Origin: Felis catus
Taxonomy: Eukaryota
Direction: 5' to 3'
Assembly: GCF_018350175.1 (NCBI RefSeq)
Contig: NC_058368.1
Span: 224,690,001 to 224,754,000, forward strand
Length of the DNA stretch: 64,000 nt
Shown here one piece after another: positions 1-14,156 of the stretch (positions are counted from its first letter, which is position 1; every line of letters starts with the position of its first letter). The position numbers and the translations under genes are program-made. The notes under the pieces were generated by a model, which was given only the letters and a program-made list of their open reading frames with translations, was not told the DNA's origin and searched no databases.

Positions 1-92
1 AGAAAAATGATTTTATTTATTTAGTGTCACATAGACACACACCGATCCACATATTTTTTAATGTTTATTTGACTTAAAAATGCTGAGTTTCT

Positions 93-301
93 GGGTTCCT
101 GGGTGCTCAGTTGGCTAAGTGTCTGGCTCTTGGTTTTGGCTCAAGTCATGACCTCACAGTTGGTGAGTCTGAGCCCCGCATCAAGCTCCACAGGGACAGT
201 GCAGAGCCTGCTTGGGATTCTCTCTCTCTGTCTCTCTCTCTCTCTCTCTGCCCCTTCCTCCTCGAGCCCTTTCTCTCTCTCTCAAAATAAATAAATAAAC
301 T
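93..301 (+). mobile_element. Can-SINE (tRNA-derived carnivore SINE)
   Basis: GGGTTCCTGGGTGCTCAG head, (CT)n tract and AAAT tail; TSD TTAAAAATGCTGAGTTT at 74-90 and 302-318. Confidence 0.93.
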
Positions 302-2157
302 TTAAAAATGCTGAGTTTTAATACATTTTCTAACACCTTATGAATATAATTAATATCATAACTTAAATCACAATATTGTGAACTACCTAATATACTGACA
401 ATAAAAATGAAATTAAAATAATTCTAAACCTTTTATTACTGTAATCTATGTGGCAATTTACCGAAGTTTTGGAGAAAAAGAGCAGGAACATCTTAAAATA
501 AAATTTTCGTATAATTATGCCCACTTAGCACTGCAACAATTTTTATATTAAAGTAATATTTTTTAACAAAACCTCGCTGTGCATGCAGGTTGTGGAAAGC
601 TATCAGTACCAAAATAGAACATATTTCTATTTCACAGAGAAAAAACATCACTCTCCCCTCAATGACTTGCCTCACTCTCTTTCCCTACACTCCTCACAGC
701 TGAGCCGATTAAACTACCAATAGAACTTCATGCCCACCTGAAGCTTCCGGTCACCACGTCTGTCCATGAGCCGGCACAGTTAGAGTAATGGTTCAGTTGG
801 TTTAAGAGACCCGCCATCTGTCCCCACTGCTCTATAACCCAGTTCTCTTTTAAGACCAGTTGCCTACTTTGTTTTTCACTGGTGTGCCCAGGATTAGAGC
901 CCTGAACCATTACATGATCAGAGTCTTGTGCCCTACCACTTGACCTCATCAACACTGACTGCCATCCTAGTAATCTGTTTCAGTGCTTCGTAGAAAACAT
1001 CGTAGTTACTGTGCCAAAGAGTAGCGATCGGAATTAAAATGAAGGTAGACTAATTCTGATCCTCAATAGCTCATTGTATAATGGGGAGCAAAACGTACTA
1101 CAAAGGGAAAGATCTTATCCCATACGAAGCACAGTGAGAGTATCTAATGTGCATCCATTGTGCTTGCTTAGTCTATAAGTTGATTTCAGTCATTTGACAA
1201 CCACAGAAGGCTATCGTTATAGAACAGAGTATTTTAAAGCTTGACAATGTAAAAGCAATGGTATGGAGGACAGAAGTTGGAAGAAGAAGATGACACAGAA
1301 ATACTTCATCTTACATAAAAACAAGCCATGATATAAAGTCTATTATGGATATAAAGTACGTCAAGTAGATCAACAAATCGAACCAACAGAAGAACTAAAA
1401 GTAAAAATGTTCACCTATCAGAGAGTGAAAGATAAGGCAGAAGTCAGTTTTCATGTTTCATAAATGGAGGCAACTGATAATGTTGAATATTAAAAAAAAA
1501 ATCATGAAATGCGGACACTACTTAGGAAAACCCATTAGGAAGAGACCCATTTGAAAAAAAAAATATGATAGAGATGTTTAAAATTGGAACCCGCTGAAGA
1601 TTGGGGCCGGGGCTGGGTTTGGGCAGACAAAAGGAGACTTTCACTTTTTATCTGATATTCCTTCTCTACTATTTTTGTTATCAAATTTATGTATTAATTT
1701 ACAAGTATTGAATTATAAAATGATTATGAAATTTAATGATGGAAATGATATAGGAGCACAAATATCTACACTTCAAACAAGCTGCCTTGGGAAGAAAGTA
1801 CGTCCAGTCTCTGATGTAGCTGTTCTCATTATTCACGTTTTACAATTTGAGAGTTAGGGACTCAGTGATTTTATGTAAATTGTCCAAAGTTGAAAAGGTA
1901 ACAAGGACAATTTGCACTGAGTCCTACAAGAATTCAGAATCTGTGTTTCCCATCCAAACTTCATGCTTCCAAACTCACTTCTCACTGGCCTTTACCAGCC
2001 AGCAAAGGTTCTAGTGGCAGTGACCCCACCTACTCAGACTTTTTAGTTAACGCTTGTCTGGGGACAATTTCATCGCTGAATTATCTATTTAGTATGTGAT
2101 CCTCTCATGATATATAGTACTTTTAAATTTATTTCACTTTAAAAGCATTTATTGACA

Positions 2158-2268
2158 GGCTCCTCGCTGGCTCAGTCAGGAGAGCATGCAACTCTTGATC
2201 TTGGGGTTGTAAGTTCAAGGCCCATGTTAGGTGTAGAGACTACTTAAAATAAAATCTTTTAAAAAAAC
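2158..2268 (+). mobile_element. Short, old tRNA-derived carnivore SINE
   Basis: TGGCTCAGTCAGGAGAGCATGCAACTCTTGATCTTGGGGTTGTAAGTTCAAG tRNA-Lys-like body and A-rich tail, no CT tract. Confidence 0.8.
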
Positions 2269-3249
2269 GCATTGAGTGCCATCTATGAACTGAGCATTTG
2301 TTGGACTTTAAAATGGAACATACAAGTGAATAAGATCCTGCTCCAATAACTCAGAACATTAAACTCTGCTGTGTAGGCAATGACACACTCCAAAGAAGGT
2401 GAAATTAGCACGGTGTGCTGTCCATTTTTTTACACGGTTTATTTCTGGAAACATGAACTAACTCCAAAGTTCAAAAGTCGAAAAAAAAAAACTTGCAAGT
2501 AATGAAAATATTTTTTGTTCTCAAAGAGGTAAAAATGCTATTAAGACTCTAATCACACCTACTAGTGATGCCCAAACATTGTTAAGACATTTCCAGAATT
2601 TGAACATATTCTTTTCTCTTTTTTATTTGAGTGTAGCTGACAGACAGTTACATTAGTTTCAGGATTAGAACATAGTAATTCCATAGGCTTATTCATTATG
2701 CTATGCATACTACATGCTTGAATTTGGTACATTTCTTTGTCAGTTGAAAACTATTAAGCAGTTTAAAACTACTGATCATATTGCTAAGGATAAAATTTCC
2801 CATTTTTGTCGGATTGAATGATTTCTAAGTTTTCTCAATTGACACGTTTGTGAGTCATTTTCTTATTTCTATTGTTTCATCTCTCCTGGATTTTCACAAA
2901 ATAAGAAAGAAAATAGTTTAAAGCAATTTTCCAGTTTTTTAGTAGAACACATTCTACAAGCCAAACATGATTAAGAGAGCCAACAGGTAGCATGGATATA
3001 AACAACTTCTGTCATCTTCTCTCCATGTCTCCCTTGCATGTCCTTGAGGAACTTTGTAGAAACTCAAGGTTACAAGGAAACCACTAAGAAATTACCTGTA
3101 ATTACCTGCAAATTATCTTCAATGTTCCATTGAAATATGAGCATACAGAAACCTCACTATTCCAAGATGGCAGAATTTCTGTATGGAACTGTTGGCTGTC
3201 ACAGCAGGCCACCAAAAGATAGATCACAAAATAGGCTGAATAGGCTTAT

Positions 3250-3357
3250 TTATTTATTAATTTATTTTTAAGGAGGCTACAGCCCCAGTCTGGGGCTTGA
3301 GCTCACAACCCTGAGATCAAGATGCCCTACTGACTGAGCGAACCACTCAGGTGCCCC
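3250..3357 (-). mobile_element. Short Can-SINE
   Basis: Ends CAGGTGCCCC (reverse-complemented head) with a TTTA tail; TGAATAGGC(T/A)TATTTA repeated on both flanks. Confidence 0.8.
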
Positions 3358-3740
3358 TGAATAGGCATATTTAAAACACTCTTGAGTGCCAATATTTAAT
3401 ATTCTAATGTTCAGGTTAATGGCAGATCAAAAGTATAAAATTTAAGGACCACCTGTATGTGGGAAACATAGAAATATAGACATAGCCTCTGACAAGGACC
3501 TGCACTCTGGCAGGATTCTAACGTAGACAGGTGGACCAAGACCCTCCCCCGGCCCTCCAAAAAAGAGCATTTCTGCATTTCTTGTCTCTTCCACTTTTCC
3601 CCCTTAATCATTATTTTCATCTGTTTACACTTTTAGTCATCTTTGTCTTTCCTCTGCCATATATCCTGTTACTCCTTTGCTTTTAAAGTAGCAATGGCTA
3701 GACTTTTATTTATATCCATTGTCCAAAAATAAAAATAAAA

Positions 3741-3741
<1 letters not shown>

Positions 3742-3788
<47 letters not shown>
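3742..3788. repeat. (GA)n microsatellite
   Basis: Pure GA run. Confidence 0.97.
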
Positions 3789-3793
<5 letters not shown>

Positions 3794-4269
3794 AGAACTT
3801 ATCTTCTTGTCAGCCAACAAGGAATAATTCTCTTGGTTTTGAATCATCAATCATTTTCACCATCGCTTACTGTAATATTTAACTTCTAGTACTATCCTTA
3901 TTTCAGGTAAATTTAAGTTATAAGGGTCTAGGTACCACTATATGGATGCTTACTGTTTGAAATTTTTCTGTGTATAACAGTCACTGAATACAAACAAAAT
4001 AAAAATTCATCAATCTTTACCTACTTTGTCATTTGCTTTCATAGAGGCAGTACGATTTATTGGAAAGAATATGGGAAAACAAACAAACAAAAAATACCCA
4101 GGAAGTATTTATTTTATTTTCTTTAAAGGTTTCCCCTCAGTGTCTCCTGTTTTACTTTAATGGCTTCACCAATCACCCAGACAATCGAGTTCTTTCTCTA
4201 TCCTGTCTATCAATCCCCCATAGCATGTTGGTTATTAAGTCTGATTTATTGTATTTTTGGTATTTCTTT

Positions 4270-4589
4270 TTTTTCAATTGTTTTTTCTTTTTCTTTTTCT
4301 TTCTTAAAAATATAATTTATTGTCAAATTGGCTAACATATAGTGTATACCGTGTGCTCTTGGCTTTGGGGGTAGATTCCCGTGATTCATCACTTATATAC
4401 AACACCCAGTGCTCATCCCAGCAAGTGCCCTCCTCAATGCCCATCATCCATTTTCCCCTCTCCCCCTGTTTCCCCATCAGCCCTCAGTTTTTTCTCTGTA
4501 TTTAAGAGTCTCTTATGGTTTGCCTCCCTCTCTGTTTGAAACTATTTTTCCCCTTCCCTTTCCCCACGGTCTTCTGTTAAGTTTCTCAA
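4270..4589 (-). mobile_element. 5'-truncated carnivore L1 3' UTR
   Basis: T-rich tail followed by CATCACTTATATACAACACCCAGTGCTCATCCCAGCAAGTGCCCTCCT; GTATTTCTT on both flanks (TSD). Confidence 0.88.
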
Positions 4590-5269
4590 GTATTTCTTAA
4601 ATGTATCTTCTGTCTTTCTTCACTGAAACTACCCCAACTCAGCTACTCATGATTCTTCTTCTTAACTCTTATTTTTCCTATGACAGATTTCCATTCCATT
4701 TGCTTTCATTCTCTCCAGAGCACCCACAATACTATAAGCCAGTTTCATCTTATTACGTTAAAAATCTGATATTCCATTACTCAAAATTCTATAATAGATG
4801 GTCAATGGACTAGGAAATAACTGAATATTCTGACTTCGTTCTGCCACCACGTCTAGACTTACTGGCTCCTTCCTTCATCCACACCTTCGCACACTCTCTG
4901 AAATGTTTTTCTTCCACCCAGCAGTCTTCTAGTCTTCTTCAGGAATCAGTTCTAATGTCAATCATTCTGTGAAATTTTCGTTGTCTCTTCTAAACAACTT
5001 ATGGGCTTTTAGCCTATGTTCACATTAAAATTTGCACATACCTCTATCACAGCAAATCATACATTATAACGTGCGCACTGACTGTACCTTGATTGCTCTA
5101 CTGGCTTCTCAAGAGAGCAAAGCATGTCTTTCCACCTTCGTACTCCCAGAAACTGCACCATCAGTGACTGCCACGTGGTAATGCTAAAAAAAATAAACAA
5201 AGAACTTATGAAATCACTGGACATCTTATTTTCTCATTTTATTTAAATATCTTTTAATTTTAATGAGAG

Positions 5270-5515
5270 GGAGCATAATACAGCAGTCCCGATTGTGATG
5301 GGCTCAATTCAAACTCTGGCTCCACCACTCATGAGATCTATAACCTTGAGTAGATATTGTAGCTTCTCGGCACCTCGTTTTCATCATATGTCAAGTGAAG
5401 ATGACAATAACGCCTAACTCAAGATGTGTGGCAAAATTCTATGAGCTGATATATATAGATTAGTTCACTTGGAACAGTACCTGGCATATGGTAAGAGCCA
5501 TATAAGAGCTTGACA
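5270..5515 (+). mobile_element. MIR SINE relic
   Basis: TTCAAACTCTGGCTCCACCACT...ACCTTGAGTAG...CCTCGTTTTCATCATATGT core and AACAGTACCTGGCATATGGTAAG 3' end. Confidence 0.75.
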
Positions 5516-8319
5516 ATTTTTATTAAAACTAACATTATTAATATTTACCTTATCAGTAAAGAGCACTTATTCACATCAATGGGACAAACTATAAAAAATC
5601 AAGTTGGCATCGCATATATTTTTCACTATGTGTATTTGACATCAGATGGCGATCGTGTCACTGAGTTATTTTAGGATGTGGATTTTTCATTCATCCATTC
5701 CATAAACATTTCTTAAGCCTCCAGTTTGAGGTAGACACTCCTCTGGACATTAAAGAAACAAAGATGTATAAGAAATAGTCCTTACCATTAATGTTTTCAA
5801 TCTAACTGAGGGAAATGAGAAGAAATTAGACAATGACCATGTGACGTGGTTAAGTACTAACACAAGTACACAAAATGCAAACGTAACACCTATAGCAGGA
5901 AGTGAAACAAAGGTTGCATTTTTCTTTCTTTTAAATACCTAAATTAAAAACAAAGATCTTGATCCTCATACTAATTTAGTTCTTATGGTTAAGGAGGAAA
6001 TCATAAACTAAGCCAATATATGTGTCTAATATTAGAGTCAAAATTCGGCATTACAAGCAGGAATTAGCTTTGAGAAATGAAATGCACAGATAATACAAGG
6101 GCTATTTGATCCATTTATTGAATATTCTTCACACTCAGTGCTATTTACCATAGCTCCCTGAGCAGCCAAAATTACAAATTTGAGCTTTATTTATTATCCT
6201 GTACACTATTTACACAGAAATGGAGGTGTCAACACCCACAAGGCAGACAAAAGAGGGGAAACTAAAAAATAAATGAAGTTGATAATTAAAACCATTAAAC
6301 ATTTAAGGATCTTAGAGATAATTTAGTACAAATCTTTAGTGCCGAGATGAAGCACCGAGGTCCCAAGTGGGCTTGGATCAATGTCACTCTGCTAGTTGGT
6401 TACAGAGAGGGAACTATAACCCAGGTGTCTAAACAGCAATGCTCATTAATTTATCCTAAAGAAAATGACAGCTGTGCAACATTTCAGGCACATAAGCTTC
6501 CCTCTCATTCTCTAATGCATTCCACAGTTCAAGGTCAGTAATTAAAGGAAAGCCATCCCACCAATATATTCATTGCTGGAGAAAATAACACAGACTACGG
6601 GGGCAGGGGGGGAGCAGGGAAAGAACAGTAAAAACCCAAGGGGTTAGGAATCGGTTGTATAATGTTCAGAGAACTAACAAGCACAGATTTTAAATCAAGC
6701 TAAGGCAACAGAAGCGACATGATTTTCAAGGAAACACAAGGAGACAAGAAGGTTTCCAATAATGGATATATTTTCAGAGCAGATATACAAGCTTATTTTC
6801 ATTAAAATAAATTCATAGTTTACTAGGGAAAAGTGCTGGATGTCTAAAAAGTTCATCTTATAGATTATACAAATACTGGTGTCTACAAATTAATAGATTT
6901 TTCTCTTCTTTCCACATGGACAAATGTTAATTTTCAAGAGAGTGAAATCATGTCTTTGATGTTCACATTCAGAAGGTTATACTCTTTTGTTAAAAATGCA
7001 TAATACATAATATGCTGTTTGAATTCATGCAAAAACACAATGAATAGGATTTTCCTAGAGTTGATGAGTTGCATAAATAGCTCTTTTACCATTGTCTTAT
7101 GTATTATTAGGTTACTTCACATTGACGTTTGGCAAAATTGAGACATTAATAGACATTTACAAGATCCTCTGTATTTGAGGATACTGCCTCTCTTTTTGAG
7201 ATAGTAGAATGCCAGAATACCACCTAAATTCTTCAGTTAAAGGATTCTTCATTCCTTTGAATCTATTTTTTTGATGGTTATGTTCTTCATTAACATTTCA
7301 CATGATGTGCTTTCATTTTATCAACAGTCAATTGATAAGTACTTCTTTACATGTGATTTGTAGTCTCTAGGAAAGCTTCTTAATTACTACATTATGTTAA
7401 ATTTGCATTTTGTGTGTTACCAGTTTTACAGTATTATACTTGGAATTAAGCTCATTTAAAAAGTACTAACAACCAAAAAAAAAAAAAAAAACAGATCAAG
7501 AATCAAGACAAAGTTGGGATTATACCAGGAATTTAAGCTTAAGATTTATATCCTAAAGAGTTCAACACATTAACTAAATTAAACGAAAAAAATCATCATG
7601 ATTAACTAATAAATGTACATGTCTTTTAATTATATCAACAACAATTTATGGTACCAGTCTTAGGAACCATATCACAAATTAAGAATATAAAGAAATAAAT
7701 TTTTCCACAAGCATATTATGAAATATTAGATTTATTATTTTGTGGTCTGGAAGATACTGTGTCTTAACTTTGATCATTTTAAAAAACATATTAGGCTTTC
7801 AGAGGCGATGGTTACCACAAAGGACATAAGAATGGATTTTATTCCACTTTGTAAATATGCAAAAACCTCTACCATGATCTTATTCTGCCACTTAACTAAG
7901 TGGTTTTACGGTATGTACTGTTGCTTGATTCTTTCCCCAGGTTGATGAGTCCCCTTAAGCTGCCAAAACTTCTATGTAAAATTCACTGGATTCCATGGAG
8001 GCCAAGTGCCCCACTTGTAAGGCCAAGTGCCCTTATTCTTTTGGTAATGAACATTTTATATTGAACTATTTCTCATAATGTCTCAGACACCAATTTATCT
8101 CTTTATTCCTTGTTACCATTCTTCCCATGCCCCCCCAATTTTGACTTCATGTATGTATTCATCCATCATTTCCATCATTAATTCAAAACATATACATGTA
8201 TTTCCTACTATGTAGCAGACATTGAGCAATTTGTTCCATACACAGTGAACAGGATGGATAATTTCTCTGGTTTCTAGAAACCGACATAGGAGCAGAGAAA
8301 TTGATAAAGAAAAGAAAAA

Positions 8320-8476
8320 GGGGTGCCTGGGTGGCTCAGTTGGTTAAGACCCCAACTCGATATCAGCTCAGGTGATGATATCACAGTTTGTGGGATCAGT
8401 GCCTGAATCTGGCTGGGTGCCTAGAGCCTGCTTGGTATTCTTTCTCTCTCCCTCTCTCTGAGCCTCCCACACTCAT

Positions 8477-8512
<36 letters not shown>

Positions 8513-8557
8513 AAAATAAGTAGTAAAAAGAAAGAAAGAAAGAAAGAAAGAAAGAAA
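8320..8557 (+). mobile_element. Can-SINE with (GAAA)n tail
   Basis: GGGGTGCCTGGGTGGCTCAGTTGGTTAAG head, (CT)n tract, AAAG-repeat tail. Confidence 0.92.
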
Positions 8558-9049
8558 ATGAGGCCAAGAAAGAAAAGAGAAAGTATACCGTACAAAATCA
8601 CCACAAGCTATAACAAATGTTTTAAAAGTTACAAGAAGAGCTGAGAGAAAATAATTGTACATCGTATAAAGGATGAAGTGGTCGGCAGTAATTTCTTTTT
8701 CTTTGCAAGTGATAATAAGGTCTAAAAGATGAACAAAAGGAACAGGGATGGCAGGGCAAAGCATTTTTTAAACATGCTGGCTTACTTCTTTGTACCAAAG
8801 TTGGTTCTTCAATTTTACAATGCTACCTGGATAGCTTTGCATAATGTCCCAGTTCACCTAAAGCTTCAAGAACTTTATATGGCCCCTGGTAGCTCTCGTC
8901 CTCAGCTGGACTGGTCTTGCTTAAGGGCAGGATTCAAATAAATAGCTCTTTGTTTATAGGATATTTCCCCCATTATCATTATTTTTATTCCACTATTAGT
9001 GATAATGGGAGTTCTCTGTAGAAAATTTAAAAAAAATGTAACAAGTAAA

Positions 9050-11200
9050 CAAAGAATGTACAAACAGAAATCACTCTATCCACCTAAGAAAACTACCATT
9101 GATATTTTGGTACCTTTCATGAAACTTTCTTATGAGGTTATATACAAAAGGAATTTTGTAGTTGGAACTGTATTTTCACTTAACGATAGCAATTTATTTC
9201 CATCATAATGACTATGCACATCATTTTAATGGCTACAGGTCTGGGTAGCTTGTTTTAAACCAATTTTCTCTTGTCATTATTTTCCCCATTTGCCTACCAT
9301 TATGAATAAGGCTTCAGTGAAGTTCTTGCAGGTACATATTTGCAAGACTCTCTTATTATTATCCTGTTAGAAGTTCTTGGATTTGAAATTTTGGATCAAA
9401 TGATAAATTAAGCCACTTTTAAATATTAATAAGTTGAATTGTAGAGACTCATAGAAGCTTAAATTTTCAACAGCATGATATGTATTTCACCATAGCCATA
9501 CTCATCAGGGACATTAAGATTTGTATTTAATTTACCAATCAGACATGTTAATATGTATTTCTAATATTGCTTAAAAATGCAGGTTTTCTTTTAAAATTTC
9601 TAGTTAGGATTTTTTAATATATTTTTAATTTTTTGTACTTCCTGTTTTTAAATCTTCACTTCATGGCAGTTTTCTAGTTTATGCTTGATTTGTTCCTTTT
9701 ACTATTAATTAATATTATTACCTCTTCATAAATTAAGATCATTAGACTCTTCTTATTGTATTTTAAAATTATCTTCCATAGGTCTTTTTTCTTTGATTTT
9801 ACTTATGGTATTTTTATAGACTGAAGCTTAAAATTTGTAAATTCAAATGTATAAATATTTCTGGTTTCCTTTTGGTGTCATTATAAGAATTAACATAAAT
9901 ATTAATTCATCTTAGTCCCTTTTTTTTCCCCTCTCCTCACTGACTCTCAAATATCCTGAGAATTTATTTTGAGAGTGTTATCAAGAGAAATAATTTCGTT
10001 TATTATTTTGTCCAAATAGTTGGTTGTTTTAACACCATTCAATGAACAATCTATTCCCAATAAGCCACATCTACTCTAATTATGTACATTTACATATCTA
10101 AATGTGTACCCATACAAATATATGTTATAAAAATATATACATATATACTCATCTATTAAAACATATACATTTCATTTTCTTTCATTTATTTGTCTATTCT
10201 CTTGTCACTACAATTATATCTTAGCAATCAATGATTTAAAACATGATTTGTAAATGAATTCGGTAAGTTCACTACTTTTTTTCTTCACTTCCCAACTATT
10301 TAGTGGCTCATCTCACATATTTAGGTTGGCAGATTAATTTTAAGATATCTTTTACGTGATTTTGCTTCTTGTGAAAGGCCTTAACTAAATGTTTCTCGGA
10401 ACCGTATTAAATATGTAGGACTTAGGATAGACTTCACATCTTTACAAAATTGAGTCTTTCGATACATGAATAAGGCGTGTCATAATTTGGCAATTTATTC
10501 AAACCATCTTTCAAAGTTTCTCAAAAACAATGAGCACGAATGTATGTGTGCATATGGAAATTGTATGTATGAGTATTTATCACACACCTTAAATGGATTC
10601 AAAGTAACATATTTTTATTCATCTTATTAATAAATTCTTTTTTTTTCCATTCCATTATCTACATGGCAATTAATCTAAAAGGAAAGTTATTGATTGGAAT
10701 GTTCACTTTCTACTCAGCCACCTTATTGTAATCTCTATTAATTAATAACATTTATTTAATGAATTCTACTGAGTTTCTAGGTTATATAATTGCCTAACTT
10801 AAAATTTGATGATACTCTCGCTATTGCCTTTGTAATCTCTTAGATTGTTGCCCTTATGAATTTATTGTCTAGATCCCCTGACACAACTAAATAATAGTAG
10901 TTATACTAGACTTTCTGGGCTTATTTTTACTTGAATGAGGATTTCCCTGTTTCCTCCATCAATAAACTTAATTTTGGCAATTTTTTTGAAGTTTTATGAT
11001 AAGTTGGAAAAATTTTACTTAATGAATGGCTGTTGGAATAAAATTCAAGTGTCTTTTAATCTTATATTAATATGGTTGCATGTTGTATTCTCTCCTCTGA
11101 CCACTATCCATAATATATCCCATTCATAGATTTTTTAATATTAAATAATGTGTGTATCCTACAGGAAAAAAAAATTGATGGAATTGATTTTCAAAACTTT
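9050..11200 (-). mobile_element. Ancient, heavily decayed L1 (L1M-type) ORF2 3' part and 3' end
   Basis: T-rich; motifs such as TTAACACCATTCAATGAACAATCTATTCC and GACTTCACATCTTTACAAAATTGAGTCTTTC resemble antisense L1 ORF2; boundaries approximate. Confidence 0.6.
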
Positions 11201-12289
11201 CTGTAATGTTTTTGATCCTGTGTTAGTAAAGGCAGACTTGTTCACGATCATGACTAATGAAGGCTGTGTTTGTTAGCTTTTGGTCCCAAGTTGTCATAGC
11301 GGTATAAAATCACTGTGAATATTTTCTTCTTTTCTAAAGATCTATAGACCTTGAATTCAACCAAAATATCCTTAATTACTAACATGTTTTGAGGGTTGGG
11401 GGAAGTTGGAATACTTTCTGAAAATCTCAAATTTCCCAAATAATAAGCATCTCTTGTAAATTACTCTTTCATGGTTTTATCATCCACTGTCTGATAAGAG
11501 TCACTATTATTCATTCCTTTCATTTATTCCACAGGAAGAGATATTTATAGACAGAAAAAGGAGTATTTGAATCTGTATACGTCTGTCTTTCTCTGTAACC
11601 TGAACTATTTCTCAGATTAATCTTTTTCAGCCACTTTTAGTCATAATTTAAATAAGTAGTTTTCAGTTAGTCCAATAGACAACACAATAAATATTAAGCC
11701 ATCCAACATATGCTTTTTTAAAGAAAAGAAGGCAATATAGAAACAATACAGTTCAGTAAAGTGAGGAAGTAGTTTGAAGATGTGCAAATAATATGGGAAA
11801 CTTTACTAAAAAGCATTATAAGGAGAAAATGAATTTTATGTCAACACGTTACTGTTTGTCATCCCAACAGATGTGAAATTGTTGCACGAAGCAGCAACCG
11901 GTTTTTATATGGGGTAGACACTAAAGCTAGCTGAATAAGTCATGAGCCCACAGTAAAAGTTGAGACTACTTCTGGCAATTTCTTGTGTAACACCATATCT
12001 TGACTTATCTCAGGAAAATGTTCTAAAATTATATTTCCGTCATTAATCTGCCCATTTATGTATTCATAATCATGCCTTCTTTCAGCAAGAATTCGCAGAG
12101 GTTTACTATGCATTTTACGTTTTTCTTGAACCAAGATTCTAAATGATTAAGACACCATCTTTGCGACCTAAGATATCTTCCAGGCTTGCAGCAGAGTCAG
12201 ACGTAAGTAGAAATAAATACTATAAAGGGTAGTATATGATGCCTCAAACAATTAATACTATTAGAAGTGACCTCAAGGTACAACAGTGA

Positions 12290-12824
12290 CAAGTTATGGA
12301 ATGGGTATGAAATCAAGCAATCCTCACCTCCTGACTTCCATTCCCTGTACAGATCTGCCAGTGTTATTCCCCTTTCTGCTTTGATGTTTTCAACATTTTC
12401 TTCTCCAGGTGTTTTCTCTTCCAACTGCTGACACTTAACCATTCTTCAGTGGAAGGCTGTCCTTGAATCTCACTTTTCCTGGGTGAACAGAGAACCAAAG
12501 CAACCGGAAATACGTGTGTCCTCTCTCTGCCGGCACATTCCTGAATCAAAATGGGGAGTGTATGGGGCTCAGAATTCTAGTTTTCCTCCCCCCAATCTGG
12601 ATAACTCCGATAGTGACCCTCCTCTAGAGCTCTCAGGTGGGATTGAGCCAATCCCCTTGTCTCTGGGACTTAACTTGAGATCACTGCTTTGCTTAACTTC
12701 CTTTCATGTATAGTTCCATTTTTCCACTCCCCTACTGTTGTTTTCTGGAAAAAAATTCTTAGTAAATTACTTTCACATGAATCCTTATCTTAGGACCTGA
12801 TTGAGGGGAACCCAGACTATGACA
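12290..12824 (+). mobile_element. ERVL-class solo LTR (LTR16-like)
   Basis: 3' end AGTAAATTACTTTCACATGAATCCTTATCTTAGGACCTGATTGAGGGGAACCCAGACTATGACA resembles the LTR16-family terminus; 5' boundary uncertain. Confidence 0.65.
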
Positions 12825-14156
12825 ATAGCCTTGAAAGATATTCAAGTAGAATTCCTGTCCTCCAACTGGATCAATCCAGAAGACATAGTGAGTATCGGGT
12901 AGGGCAAAATATCAGATTATATCAGTTAAAGCTGAACTAAAGCTCCTCCACACTATCCTCTTTGTATTGGCAGGTTAATCTCTTTTGTAAACAAATATGA
13001 AAATGTGCATTTTTTACATCCCATTGTGTATTTTGTTCCATTTCGCGGAATCCGTGCCATTCCTGCTAAAAGGCAATCAAACCAATTTTGTCAAGTAAAG
13101 TAAAAACTTGGAAAAATGTAAGAGATCTCTCTCCCATGAATTGCATAATTTCTGCCTAGAAATATTTGAAAAGAGAAAAATGTTGGGACGATGACTATTT
13201 ACCTAAGGGTCAATTTCCTGGTCTCTAATAACTGAACTCTGGATTTGTCCATGAATTAGGTAGCATTCAGGAGGAGAGATGAGTATGACTTCTGTCATAG
13301 GCATTGAATATATGACAAAGGTCTGCTCTATTTGATGTAAGAAGTCGGCCAAGACTTTGGCTTTCTGAATGTGAAAAATACCAATTACTAGCATATGACA
13401 ACAATTTGCTGATGTTACCCCTTCCTAATATGTCTTCCTGAGATGCTGTTGAGATACCTGACTTAACGGCCTATGAAAAACACATTATCTGCAACATCAG
13501 TAATGCTGAACATTAGTTCTCTTTACAGACATTTTGTCAGGAGCCAAAACAATTTTTTCTCTCCCTGCATATTTCCGGCCTTACAAGGTGCACCTAGTTG
13601 AGCTCCTGCTCAACATTTTCTGAAGCCACTTTCAAAACTTAATTGAGTTAACAGCTTCCTATATTTAGTTTGATTGCACTTTATTGTTTACAAGTTTGAT
13701 GCAGAATAATATAAAAGTACAACTTCAAAGTTTTGTCCACAATTCATGCTGAAAATCTAAGTATTTCTTTATATGGGCTGTCTTGATAGTTTAAAATAAC
13801 TAATTTAAACATAATCATGCTATGAAACACAATCCTCAGATCTTACTAAACTTGTTCACCTAAGTCAGCAGTTCAGAACAAGTGATCAGCTGAAGACATC
13901 ATAAGATGAAGAATGAATCCTTGTAAACCATTTGGTTAATGTAGTTGAAAGAAAAATAATAATAAAGGATCAATGAGCAAAAAAATACAAATAGAAATAC
14001 AAAGTGAAAAATACAAAGAGAAAACAGCATGGTATATTTTTAAGTGTCCCCCCCCAAATAACTATTTCAAAATGATAGACCACCATGAAAGTGCTTTGCT
14101 TGTACAACTCAAGTACAAGAAAAGTATTACCTGGCAAATCTAATTTTGTAATTTTT

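Noticed and set aside
2158..2268. Possible tRNA-Lys gene
   Set aside because: Degenerate stems and an A-rich tail; fits an old tRNA-derived SINE
13200..13470. Minus-strand open frames with a possible acceptor (TTTTTCATAG)
   Set aside because: Peptides unrecognisable and no partner exons found
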